Below are positions 1 through 11,557 of a stretch of 30,824 nt of DNA, one piece after another. Under the pieces are notes generated by a model. That model worked only from the letters and a program-made list of their open reading frames with translations, did no database searches and was not told the DNA's origin. The stretch is taken from positions 1-30,824 of the forward strand of contig NW_021833133.1 of NCBI RefSeq assembly GCF_006345805.1, written 5' to 3'. The translations under genes and the position numbers were made by a program. How positions within the stretch are numbered: position 1 is the first letter of the stretch; each line of letters starts with the position of its first letter. This DNA comes from Octopus sinensis (taxonomy: Eukaryota).

Positions 1-46
1 GCGTTTCGGGACGTTCAAAATTGCGCATCTGAATAAGCATGTAATA

Positions 47-148
47 TAGATAGATAGATAGATAGATAGATTGATTGATTGATATGATAGATAGATAGAT
101 AGATGAATAGATATAGAGATAGATAGATAGGTAGATAGATAGATGATT

Positions 149-203
<55 letters not shown>

Positions 204-341
204 GATAGATCGATCGAGTGATAGATAGATAGATAGATATATAGATACATACATACATACAACATACATACATACATACATACATACATACATACAAACA
301 TACATACATACATACATACTACATACTTACATTCATACATA
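47..341. repeat. Compound tetranucleotide microsatellite (GATA)n then (TACA)n
   Basis: Read directly from sequence; explains ORF 15..317. Confidence 0.95.
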
Positions 342-814
342 TTCCCAGAGAGAGAGGAAGAGAGGAGAAAGAAAAATGTGATAGCTTGCTAGAGACAAGA
401 AGAAAAGAACGAGAAAAACGGGAAAGAAGGAAAAGAAAAATGTGAAACGAAAATGTAAAACTAACAACGACACAAGGACGTCTTCTTCCGTATTTTCTTT
501 CGCTTTAAACTGGCTCTCATCAATCTTATTCGCTTTTAAAACACTTTTGATCAGCCTGTAAGCTAATATCGATGCCGGGCTTAAATAACGTCATAAAAAA
601 ACATTAGCGGCGGCAACAACAGCAAGAGCAGCAGCAGCAGGAACAGAAGTAGCAGCAAAAAAAAGAAAAATTGGAAGTGAAAGTATAGTGAGTGTGTGAA
701 GGTAATCTAAAAGAATGGCAGCCATATATAAATAATGGTAAACAAGGAATTCGAATGAAATAAAAAGTAAGGGAATAAGAAAAATAACATAACGAAAGTG
801 AGAGCAAAAACAGC

Positions 815-1054
815 AATAATAATATATAATACTAATAATAATAATAAATAATTATAATAATCTAATAATAATAATATAATAATAATAAAAATAACAATAA
901 TAATAATATAATAATAATAATAACAATAACAATAATAATAATAATATAATAATAATAATGATAATAATGTATAATAATAAAATAATAATATAACAATAAT
1001 AATAATAATAATAATAATAATGACAACAATAATAATAATAATATATAACATAAC

Positions 1055-1088
<34 letters not shown>

Positions 1089-1447
1089 GAAAATGATAAT
1101 AATAATAATAATAATAATAATAACATACCAATAATAATAATAATAATAATATAATATGATAATAAGATAATAATAATAATAATATAATAACAATAACAAT
1201 AAAATAATAATAATAATAATAAAACAACAATAATAATAATAATAATAATAATAACAACAATAATAATAATCATACTAATAACATAATAATAATAATAATA
1301 ATAATAATCATAATAATAATAATACATAATAATAATAATAATAATAATAATATCATAATAATAATAATAATAATAATACTGATTGATAATGATAATAATA
1401 ACAAAAAATAATAAAAATGATAATAATAATATAATAATAATAATAAT
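815..1447. repeat. Long imperfect (AAT)n microsatellite
   Basis: ~630 bp AAT/AAC/GAT repeat; explains poly-I/Y/L ORFs. Confidence 0.95.
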
Positions 1448-1842
1448 CCTTTCTATTAAAGGTCAAGGCCGGCAATTTGGGGGAAAGGGACAAGTCAATT
1501 ACATTGATCCCAGTGCGTAAGTGGTACTTTATTTAACGTCCCCGAAAGGATGAAAAGCAGAGTCGGCCTCGGAGGAATTTGAACTCAGAACGTAACGGCA
1601 GACGAAATACCTATTTCTTTACTACCCACAAGGGGCTAAACATTGAGAGGACAAATAAGGACAGACAAACAGATTAAGTCGATTATATCGACCCCAGTGC
1701 GTAACTGGTACTTATATGATCCACCCCGAAAGGATGAAAGGCAAAGTCGACCTCGGCGGAATTTGAACTCAGAACGCAGCGGCGGATGAAATACCACAAA
1801 AAGTTTCACCCGGCGTGCTAAAAATTCTGCCAGCTCGCCGCC
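1448..1842 (-). mobile_element. Composite tRNA-derived SINE (head-body-tailA-body-tailB), octopus OK-like family
   Basis: Minus strand starts GGCGGCGAGCTGGCAGAA (A-box-like), has GAGTTCAAAT (B-box-like) and central GTCGACTTTGCCTTTCATCCTTTCGGGG; body present twice; same family at 1906, 5680, 12104, 23813. Family name is from memory. Confidence 0.85.
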
Positions 1843-1905
1843 ATCTGTCACTCTCTCTTTCTGTCTGTCTGACTGTCTCCCCCCTCTCTTCTCTCTCTCT
1901 ATATA

Positions 1906-2129
1906 TATTTCTTTACTACCCACAAGGGGCTAAACATAGAGGGGACAAACAAGGACAGACAAAGGGATTAAGTCGATTACATCGACGCCAGTGCGAAACT
2001 GGTACTTTATTTATCGACCCCGAAAGGATGAAAGGTAAGTCGACCTCGGCGGAATTTGAACTCAGAACGTAACGGCAGACGAAATACCGCTAAGCATTTC
2101 GCCCGGTGTGCTAACGATTCTGCCAGCTC
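1906..2129 (-). mobile_element. tRNA-derived SINE, OK-like family, tail A
   Basis: Near-identical to 1612-1842; ends GGGTAGTAAAGAAATA on minus strand. Confidence 0.88.
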
Positions 2130-3271
2130 TCTCCATATATATATGAATATATATATATATGTAAATGCTATATATATATAAAGTGAAAAAGGAAAATGAT
2201 AAGTGTTTGTACTATTTATTCTCCATCACACGTGTTTCATTTACTAATTGGAATTACAATGATTCACATAGGTACATACATGCATACATACATAATGCAT
2301 ATATACCAAACTCATATATTATGTGTGTGTGTGTTTGACCGCCAAAACCTTGTACACTCTGCTGAAGAAGAAAAACCTATAGAAATATTTTAATATCAAA
2401 TTCATTCAGACATCACGGGATTAGTACACTTTACTGTTAACTGTTTTGCTTTTTTTTATTTTCTTTATAACCTTTCTGAAGATCGTCAACGTTTAAAATA
2501 ACTGTAAAGTATAACTGTTTAAGTACAAGGGAAATATTCAAGACAATTTTCATTTCAAAAATATCATAATTTTTCACTGTTGGTAAGGTGTGATACTGAA
2601 GAATTCGGGTCGCACTTGATCAGTTGTGGACGTATGAAATAGTCAATAACCATTATTTTGAGATTAAATACACTGGAAAAAATTCTTATGACTTCTTGAT
2701 GCTATTGTGAGCAACTGTGACAAAATGATAGAGGTACGGTTGTCGTTTAAGGAACGTAAGACTATTTTAAAGTGGTGTTTCGAATTTGAGAATGCTATTA
2801 AAGTTCAACGACAATGGCGACATGAGTTTGAGACAGAACCTCGAACGCACTTGGCAATTTCACAGATTCGTGAAAAGTTCGAAACACATGATACTGTGTA
2901 TGACGTGCCGAAGGGAAAATACCGCAGACTTGATACAGTAACAAGTGATATTTCCTCTGCTATAATGCTGGAACATTTCACACATTTGCCACAGAAAGAC
3001 ACAGCACAATGTGCTCACGTGGCACAAATCAACAGTTGTACTGGTATTCTTAAAAGACCTGAGTGGAAAGTTTACATCTAAGATTATTACATGCAATTAA
3101 CAAATGACGATTCTGGTCGAAAGATCGAATTTTATGAGTGGTTTCAACGAATTTTATGAGTGGTTTCAACGGATGGTAGACGAGGATGAAGAGTTTGTGC
3201 AGAAGATTGTGTGGTCTGATGAGCACAATTAAAGCTAATTGAAACAATGAACCGAGATAACTGTGCTTACT

Positions 3272-3782
3272 AAAATAAAAATAAATGCGCCCTTTTCAAG
3301 CCTAGCCAGGCTCATGGGCCCGGTTTCCCGGTTTCTATGGCGTATGTGTTCCCCAGCTGGACGGGACGCCAGTCCATCGCAGCGTTACACATTTTTGCCA
3401 GCTGAGTAGACTGGAGCAAAGTGAAATGAAGTGTTTTGTTCAAGAGCACAACGCGTCGCCCGGTCCAAGAGTCGAAACCACAATCTCACGATCATGATGC
3501 TGACATCCTAACCACTAAGCCACGCGTCTCCACAAAATGCGCCCATTTAAAGCCTAGCCAGGCTCATGGGCCCGGTTTCCCGGTTTCTATGGCGCATGTG
3601 TTCCCCAGCTGGACGGGACGCCAGTCCGTCGCAGCGTTGCTCATTTTTGCCAGCTGAGTGGACTGGAGTAACGTGAAATGGAGTGTTTTGCTCAAGAACA
3701 CAACGCGTCACTCGGTCCAGGAATCGAAGCCCCATCTTACGATCATGGTGCTGACACCCTAACCACTAAGCAACGCGCCTCC
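3272..3782 (-). mobile_element. Tandem pair of ~250 bp tRNA-derived SINEs (second family) inserted in the transposase
   Basis: Heads GGAGACGCGTGGCTTAGTGGTTAGG (A box) and GGTTTCGACTC (B box); units 3272-3533 and 3534-3782; TSD ATAACTGTGCTTACT 3257-3271 / ACAATTGTGCTTACT 3783-3797. Confidence 0.88.
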
Positions 3783-4027
3783 ACAATTGTGCTTACTGGG
3801 TACCGAAAAATCCTTGCTTGAATGTGAACAAAGTAATCAATTTACCAGGAGTCAATGTCTAGTGTAGAGTGTCATCAAGAAGTTTGAAAGGACCATTTTT
3901 CTTTGAAGGTACTCTTACTGTGCCTAGACATGCTGTGCAGGATCATGTTTCTTTGAAGGTACTCTTACTGTACCAAGACATGCTGTGCACATCCATTTTA
4001 CCTGCCGTACATACACTTTATGGAAAT

Positions 4028-4358
4028 AGTGTCAGAGCTATGCCGTCGGGAACTTCGGTTCCTGGTTAGGGCCACCCAAGGCGGATTGGTCTGACACCGA
4101 GTGGTATTAAGGCCACTGGTAAAAATCCTCGGAGTGTCTGTTTCGGCAACCGACGGCTCCTCGGTCGTTCTGTCCCTGCATCTGCGGACAATCTGCGGCA
4201 AACAGGATGTTTCTACATGCAGGATTGTTGGGGACCGCTTGTGAAATTCATATTCCCACGAAACTTCTTTCACTGCCATGGTTCGAGATGCATCGAGGGT
4301 AGTAGAAGAAGCCGACTCAACCCGCCCAAGGTGAATGTTGCCACAATTACAAGTAAGT
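4028..4358 (+). mobile_element. 331 bp non-autonomous retroelement, probably RTE-derived (5'UTR-like part plus 3' end)
   Basis: Perfect 13 bp TSD ACTTTATGGAAAT (4015-4027, 4359-4371); CAAGTAAGT tail; 5' part resembles recalled RTE 5'UTRs. Confidence 0.7.
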
Positions 4359-5464
4359 ACTTTATGGAAATTATTTTTCTTTCAACAAGGCATTGCCTCG
4401 ATGTGCGAGCCGAACTGGTTAACAATTTGCAAGGACAGTGGATAGCACGAAGATGTGCAATTGAGTTCTCCGCACGGTCTCCTGATTTAACACCTGAAGA
4501 CTTTTACTCATGGGGCACACTAAAGGATGTTGTGCATCACAGAAAACCGACGACACTGAGAATCCTTAGGGAAGAAATCAAAACAGCATAAGCAAGCAAT
4601 CCCATTGGTAGTTTTGTTAACATTGCTCAAACAGCAGTTCATTATCTTCCAGACTTATAAGTGTCTGGAAGCTAATGGCCATTATTTTGAGCAGCTCTTA
4701 TAATTGTAGAGATGAAAGGTAACTTGTATCAATCCCCTGACATCTGAAAAAAATTTAGTATTAATATATTTCCAGACGTTTTTCTTTTCTTGAAGAGTAT
4801 TCAGACTTTTGGGGCAGACACTGTATATGCCTATACATACACATACATATTTCTATGTATGTTTGCATAAATATGTATACAAACATGTGTATATATACGC
4901 GCAGATGTATCCCTATATATTCATATCAGTACATGTATATACATATGCACACACATATGCACATATGAACATATGTGTGTGCGCCTCTGTGAGTGTGTTT
5001 GTATGTGTGTGTGTATTTGTGAGTGCGTGCCTGTGTATGTGAGTGTGTATAAAACAAAACTACACTGTAACGATACAACTGCTGTACAGTAGAGCAGTTG
5101 GTTTTTAAAAAAATGACAAGTTATCATGATTAATTATATATGACGCTCTTCTGTACATGAGGCGAGTATGTTTAGTTGGTGAACACATATACAAATGCTT
5201 AAAACATATGTATATTTCTAAACTATATTTAACCTTGCTGTTAAGCAGCAATTCGTTTACCCTGTTATAGGTTAACTATGTAATTAATAATATGCACATT
5301 TCTACTAGATATACTACAGCAACTGTAGGTATAAATCACAATTTAAAACTGCTGTAAATATGGTTGGATGCAGCGAATTAGAAGAGTCTTAAGTGTGTTG
5401 GCTAAAAAGTCTTACGCTCAATATTCTTGTTCCCTCTATATTTTTTCTTGAGCGCTGGGGCCCC

Positions 5465-5677
5465 TAAGGCCAGTTACTCGGTTTCTATGGTGTATAAGTG
5501 ACAGGGATCACAACATTCTCCTGAAATGAACACCGGTCTGTTGCAGGGTTAAGGAGTTTACTTTATTGACCGCGAAGTGATGCAAAGCAGACCTCACCTC
5601 GCCGGTATCTGAACACAGAACGTAAAGAGACGGAAGACATGTCGCTCAGCAGTTTGTCCGACGCGCTAACGATTCTC
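5465..5677 (-). mobile_element. Degenerate SINE (OK-like head/body with a different tail)
   Basis: Similarity to 1906-2129 in 5550-5677; left part resembles tail of the 3272 family (GGTTTCTATGG). Confidence 0.6.
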
Positions 5678-5679
5678 AT

Positions 5680-5870
5680 TTCTACAATAAACACAAGGCC
5701 TGAAATTTGTTGGGAGGAGATTAAGTCGATTACATCGACCCAAGTGCTCAACTGGTACTCGTTTTATCGACAGCGAAAGGATTGAAGGCAAAGTCGACCT
5801 CGGCGGAATTTGAGCTCAGAACGTAAAGAGCCGGAAGAAGTGCAGCTGAGCATTTTGTCTGATTCGTTAT
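5680..5870 (-). mobile_element. OK-like SINE, tail-B type
   Basis: AAGTCGATTACATCGAC..GGCAAAGTCGACCTCGGCGGAATTTGA shared with other copies. Confidence 0.8.
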
Positions 5871-6003
5871 CGATGGTGTCCTTTTCGAGATGAAGGGGTC
5901 ATGTGATAACATCAATCATAGTACTTGCTTGTTTTATCGATCCAAAAAAGACAGAAAGAAAAGCTGAATTTTTCTAGCGATTGTGCCATCTTGCCTCCTT
6001 CGT

Positions 6004-6024
6004 CTAATAATGATGATGATGATG

Positions 6025-6077
<53 letters not shown>

Positions 6078-6083
6078 TATAAT
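6004..6083. repeat. (GAT)n(AAT)n microsatellite
   Basis: Read directly from sequence. Confidence 0.95.
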
Positions 6084-6084
6084 A

Positions 6085-7310
6085 AGTGTTTTATTAAAAA
6101 TGCTGTGGAGCTATTGTTGAAACATAGGAAGAACGTCAGCGTCATCAAAACTAAAAATTGTGTTATGAAGGAAAAATTTAAACAAGAAATGAACAAAAAA
6201 AAAGGAAGATAGAAAAAAAAAGCATGGAAGGAAAAGAAAATGTACGGTCAGTTTGCAAGAGATGTGAACGCCAAGGTTGTATTTGACCAGTTAAATCAGT
6301 TGCCAGGACTGTATCGAAGCATAGGAAACAGACTAGTGTGGTATATAAAAAATTAATTTGGAGCCAGTGTTGAAACACACGAAGGCCAGCGTCATCAGCA
6401 CTGAAACTTGTGTAACTAAAGGAAAATCTAAACAAGAAGTGAACAAAAAAAAATAATAATAAAGCATGGAAGGAAAAGAAAATATATGTTCAGTTTGCAT
6501 GAGGTGTGAACCGCAAGACCGATACAGAGGACCGGTGGCTATGGATGAGGAGGACTGACCTGAAGATAGAAACAGAAGCACTCATATGCGCAGCTCAAGA
6601 ACAAGCGTTAAGGACCAACTGTGTTAAATACAGAATTGACAACACTACCGATGGCGACAAATGAAGAATGTGTGGTGAGAGGGGTAAAACGGTATGGCTC
6701 ATCGTTAGCGAATGTCCGAAATTGGCACAACGCAATACGAAAGACGCCATGACAATGTGGAAAGAACGATCCATTGGGAACTGTGTGGAAATTACAGCCT
6801 ACAAAGACGTGGTATGCGAAAAGTCCAGAAGGAGTCACCGTCAATGAGAATTGCGAAATTCTGTGGGATGCAATGATCCAGTGCGATTACCCGACCGGAC
6901 AACGGAAACCGGACATTGTTGTGGTGAATAAAAAAGAAAGAACGTGTATGATAATCGATACAACACGTCACGATGACAACAGGATCATTGTGAAAGAAAA
7001 AGGAAAAATAAACAACTATGACGATTTGAAGTAGGAAATACAAAGTTTGTGGTCAATGAGGAGAGTAGACGTGATACCTAGAGTAATTGGTTCTCTGGAA
7101 GTATCAACACTCAACTTCTAACATGCCTGAAAAAAGATCGGTGTACGTGGGAAGGTAGTACACCTATAAAAATCAGCATTGATTGGAGTTCCAAGATTTC
7201 TTCGTAGATTTCTTGAAGCATGACCAGTAAACAAATGTCACCTTTATGTTGCTGGCTGTGGACAGCTGTCAATTTCCATCAAACCCAGGAAAATAAGCTG
7301 TGAGGTTTCA
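6085..7310 (+). mobile_element. 5'-truncated R4/Dong-clade non-LTR retrotransposon (zinc knuckle plus restriction-like endonuclease region)
   Basis: WKEKKMYGQF, DLKIETEALICAAQEQALRTN, degenerate CCHC, RRHD, ILWD, RKPDIVVVNKKERTCMIID (PD-(D/E)xK); 3'UTR followed by (TAA)n. Confidence 0.88.
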
Positions 7311-7339
7311 TGATAATAATAATAATAATAATAATGATG

Positions 7340-7387
<48 letters not shown>

Positions 7388-7414
7388 TAATAATAATAAT
7401 AATAATAATAATAA
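7311..7414. repeat. (TAA)n tract between two R4/Dong elements
   Basis: Read directly from sequence. Confidence 0.95.
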
Positions 7415-7661
7415 GTACGGGAAGTACGGGGACGTTTAGAAACACCGGGGACGTTTAAGATGTGAGAACGATAAAACAGCGCTCCGAAATATATCCACAA
7501 ACATCGAAAGCAAAGACATCGTATGGAGTCAAAAATTTACTGACAAAGGATTGGACTATATCCGAGTAAGTAATACTCATTGAAATTTATTACTATTTTC
7601 GAAACGAAATGATGTATTTTAACTCGATATCATCTCCACCTCTAACACAACACATGTAAAC

Positions 7662-10600
7662 ATGCGTGGTACATTACGATACATCAACACCAGATCATCC
7701 CCGACCCCAAACACCATGTACAAAAAAACTACGAAGAAATTAAATACCACCGATATTATTCAACCCAAGAATAACAATCGGGAAGTACGTACTTTAAACT
7801 TACAACACAAAATGTACGAAAAACTACACGTGCAAAACAATGTGACAACAGAAATGAACGGACCGGTACCCTACGAAAATGACGACCGTCAAAATAATGG
7901 GCCGGACGTTGTTCCTCATGTCTCGCAAATAAAACCCAAAAGACATAAATGGACACGTGAGGAATATATTTCTATCCCAAACGCTCACTTTACATCAGTG
8001 CTCTACCCAAAGAATGAAAACACAACAACACATATATATAAAATATGGAAGGAAAATAACATAAATATAAACTTGGATACAGTAATGAACCCTAATAAAC
8101 TAGCTAACGCACGAAGATACATTCTCAACGCAAAAAAATATCAGAATAGAAATAGAAAGAAAAATACATCAGGAAAATGTAGATAGAAGCCACACACAAT
8201 GCCCAATAATATAAACACTGAACAGTAAAACACGAAGACAAACGTAACATTCCCAACAAACACGATGTAAACAAAAAACAACAAACCCAGACCGTAAGGA
8301 TGCATAATAATACACGACAAACAAACCAAAACACGCAAACAAACATATAAAAAGAAGAAAGAGACACAAATCTAAAACCTGGAAACAACGAAGGGGAGCC
8401 TAATGATTATGATAATATAAAAGTAAATAATGAAAGAACTGAAAACCACACAGCTCAAATGGACCACCGACCATACCTCCCAAAAATCAAAATACGACAA
8501 CAACAACACCAATTATAAACAGCATAAACCTAGCCGTCACGGAACTAATAGCCACTGAAACAAAAAGCGATATCACTGAGCTAAATGACTAGTTTACCAG
8601 CAGCCACTGCAGCCACAAAAGAAGCTGGATACTCACTCAAACCCATCCAAACAGGAGTACCACCACCACCCAACAAACCCTGTGGATAAATAACATCCAA
8701 AACAAAATACAAAAATGAGAAAAGATCTGTCGATTCTTAATGAAATCAGTAGACAATCAACGCTACTGAGCAACAAAGAAAACAAAATACTCCGCAAATA
8801 TAACATCACAGAAAAAGATTTACCGAGATAAAAGAAAAGCTAAGCAAGATATCCTTGCCAAGCACAAAGGATCCGCCGGTACGAGAAACGCCAGCGCTTC
8901 TTTGAACAAAACAAAAAGTTCAACTCCAACCCCAAAAAGTTCTACCAAGAACTTGGCAAAAATAAAATAGAAATTACTGCAGCATCAACGGCAGAAGAAG
9001 TGGAAGAATTCTGGAGAGAAAAATGGTCGGCGAACGAACAACCAAAATAAAGGAGTATTAAAACAACAAACTCAGCATCTGAGCAACTTTGGACCCCCCA
9101 TAACAACTGAAGAGGTCACCCAGGCACTGCAAAGACTAAGCAGCTGGAAGGCACCTGGGCATGACAAGATCCCCAACTTCTGGTTGAAATATCTAACAGG
9201 AATGCACAAAAAGCTGGCTGAAAATTTTAACAACATACTGGCAGAGCCAGAGACAATGCCTGAATGGCTCACGAAGGGGAAAACCATCTTAATTCCCAAA
9301 TCAAATGAGACAGCAAAACCAGAAAAATTCAGACCAATAACCTGTCTCCCTACAATGTACAAGGCATTTACTGCAGTGATATCGCAAAGGTTGAACAAGC
9401 ACCTGGACGAAAACAACCTGTTTCCAGAAGAGCAGAAAAAATGCCGCAAAGGCTCATATGGCTGTAAAGATCACTAATGATTAATAAAGCCAAACTGAAG
9501 ACTGAAGACACCCAAAAGAAGAAATGCCTCAGTATGGCCTGGATCGACTCAAAAAAGGCGTTTGATAGCTCCCACACACATGGATCCTCGAAACACTAAC
9601 CATTAACAAAGTAGCACCAATCCTTATAAAATTCATAGAGCACTCTATGAATAAATGGCAAACAGTGCTACAGCTCCAAATAAAAGAGGGACTCATGAAA
9701 ACCAAAGCCATCCCCATTAGAAGAGGAATATTCCAGGGAGACACGCTCTCTCCACTCCTTTTCTGCTTGGCACTGTCATCTCTATCTGATATGCTAAATA
9801 GTACTGGATGCGGATAAAAATATTACGGCAAAACGATCAGCCACCTTTTATATATGGATGACCTAAAACTATATGCTGCAAATGACAAACAGCTAGAAAC
9901 ACTATTAAAGACAGTTCATGGATTTACCAAAGAAATAGATATTGGATTAGAAAAATGCGCCAAAGTAACCATGAAAATAGGAAAACTAGTTAAGAGTAGC
10001 GACATCACACTAGATAAAACCAATGAAAAAAGAATTAGACCAAAGCCAAACTTACAAATACTTAGGAATCCATATACACAACACCACACAAATGAAAGAG
10101 AAAATAAAAAAAGAATATTATAGACGAGTTAGATCAATACTAAAACAGAGCTCAATGCTAAAAACCAGATAATAGGTATTAACACTTTAGCTGTCCCAGT
10201 TATAAGTTACAGCTACAATATCCTTAACTGGACACTAAATGAACTGATCAAAATAGATAGGAAAACAAGAAAAATAATGACAGGATCTAGGATGCATCAC
10301 CCAAATCTGACATAGAAGACTATATATACAACGTATAGAAGTGTGGTAGAGACCTTATACAGCTGGAAACTACTATAAAATAACCACCATAGGACTGCAA
10401 AAATATCTACTTCAGAAGGAAGGAAAACTGATACAAATAGCGGCAAAACACGAGCAAAACAAAAACTGTTCTCAGTATTTAAGGAAACTGACAAATACAA
10501 ACAAGAAATCATACCACCTAACAGATATGAAGAAGAAGAAGAAGAAGAAGAAGAAGAAGAAGAATCACGAAGAATAAGAAGAAGAAAAAGAAGAGATAAG

Positions 10601-11445
10601 AAGAAGAAGAAGAAGAAGAGAAGAAGAAGAAGAAATAAGAAGAAGAAGAATAAGAATAAGAAGAAGAAGAAGAAGAAGAACTAAGAAGAAATGCAAACTA
10701 AAACTAGAACAGCAAGAACCATGATAAAACGATGGCAGAAAAGCCCCTTCATGATAAATACTGGACTAAACTAATTGCAAAAGAAATAGACAAAGAAAAT
10801 CCTCAGCAATGGTTGAGAAGCTCAGGACTCAAGCAGAGACAGAGGGATTTTTAATTGCAGCACAGACCAACAGCCTCCCCACCAGAAATTACCAAAAACA
10901 TGTAATGAAAAGTATATAAACAGTAACATAATCATATTATCTCTGGCTGTCCAGTCCTGGCTAAGAAGGAATATTCACAGACATGACAGAGTTTGGACCT
11001 ACATAACGGAAGCTATGCCAACATTATGGAATACAAACAGAAAAGATGGTATAGGCACACACCAGAAAAGGTCACAGAAAACGAGAAAGCAACCATACTC
11101 TGGGATATGCCGATACAAGGCCAACAGACCAATAAAATAAATTGTGTCAGAGATCATGAAGAAAAAAAAAATGCTTTCTAATTGATGTTTCAATACCGGC
11201 AGATGACAACGTGTCTCTAAAAGAAATAGAGAAACTTTCAAAATACAAAGACCTGGAAATAGAGGTAACCAAATGTGGAATCTAAAAACAGAACAATTCC
11301 TATCATAGTAGGGCATTAGGCATGATAAAAAAATATTCAGACAAATACATAACACAACACCAGGACTTACAAACACATATAACATACAGAAATTGCACTA
11401 CTAGGCACTGCACACATCCTACGCAGAACAATTTCCATACAATAA
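7662..11445 (+). pseudogene. Frameshifted R4/Dong ORF (Myb-like, reverse transcriptase, RLE)
   Basis: KRHKWTREEY; WKAPGHDKIPNFWLK; FRPITCL; WIDSKKAFDS; RGIFQGDTLSPLLF; HLLYMDDLKLY; LWDMP; LIDVSIP; IALLGTAHILRRTISIQ*; many stops and frameshifts. Start coordinate approximate. Confidence 0.9.
10529..10690. repeat. (GAA)n expansion inside the LINE ORF
   Basis: Read directly; flanked by LINE coding remnants. Confidence 0.9.
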
Positions 11446-11557
11446 CCATCAGAGCATCACAACAAATCACAGCACATACCTAAGGCACACAGAGCTGCGC
11501 TCGGTAGTGAAGTGAAAGCACGCTATAAAAATAAAACTACTGAATAATAATAATAAT

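Larger units (their letters stand above)
2725..4703 (+). pseudogene. Tc1/mariner transposase pseudogene, interrupted
   Basis: Peptides LSFKERKTILKW..ENAIKVQRQWRHEF, IVWSDE, HNCAYW..NP, GPFFFEGT, FQQ (second Asp deleted), RSPDLTPEDF, KCLEANGHYFEQLL*; stops, frameshifts, two insertions. Confidence 0.88.
2327..4825 (+). mobile_element. Decayed Tc1/mariner DNA transposon (DUF4817-type N-terminus, DDxD) with nested insertions
   Basis: ~100 bp degenerate TIRs (2327-2424 vs revcomp of 4729-4825, ending ACACTG-TA); internal transposase remnants. Confidence 0.85.
7415..11542 (+). mobile_element. Near-full-length decayed R4/Dong-clade non-LTR retrotransposon
   Basis: (TAA)n on both sides; single long ORF remnant with N-terminal Myb-like motif, RT and C-terminal RLE; ~100 bp 3'UTR. 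Confidence 0.9.

Noticed and set aside
15-1327. Long ORFs rich in Y/I/L/S
   Set aside because: Translations of (GATA)n, (TACA)n and (AAT)n; no coding complexity
3216-3250. CTGATGAG..GAAAC resembling a hammerhead
   Set aside because: It is the WSDE codon block of the transposase; no stem II adjacent to GAAA and no stem I
4063-4075. TGGTTAGGGCCAC resembling the pistol ribozyme P1 loop
   Set aside because: Only 3 bp of P1 and no downstream CCCUAA pseudoknot partner
7415-7560. Possible HDV-like ribozyme in the R4/Dong 5'UTR
   Set aside because: Could not assign the nested double pseudoknot by eye; only short direct repeats (GGGGACGTTTA) seen
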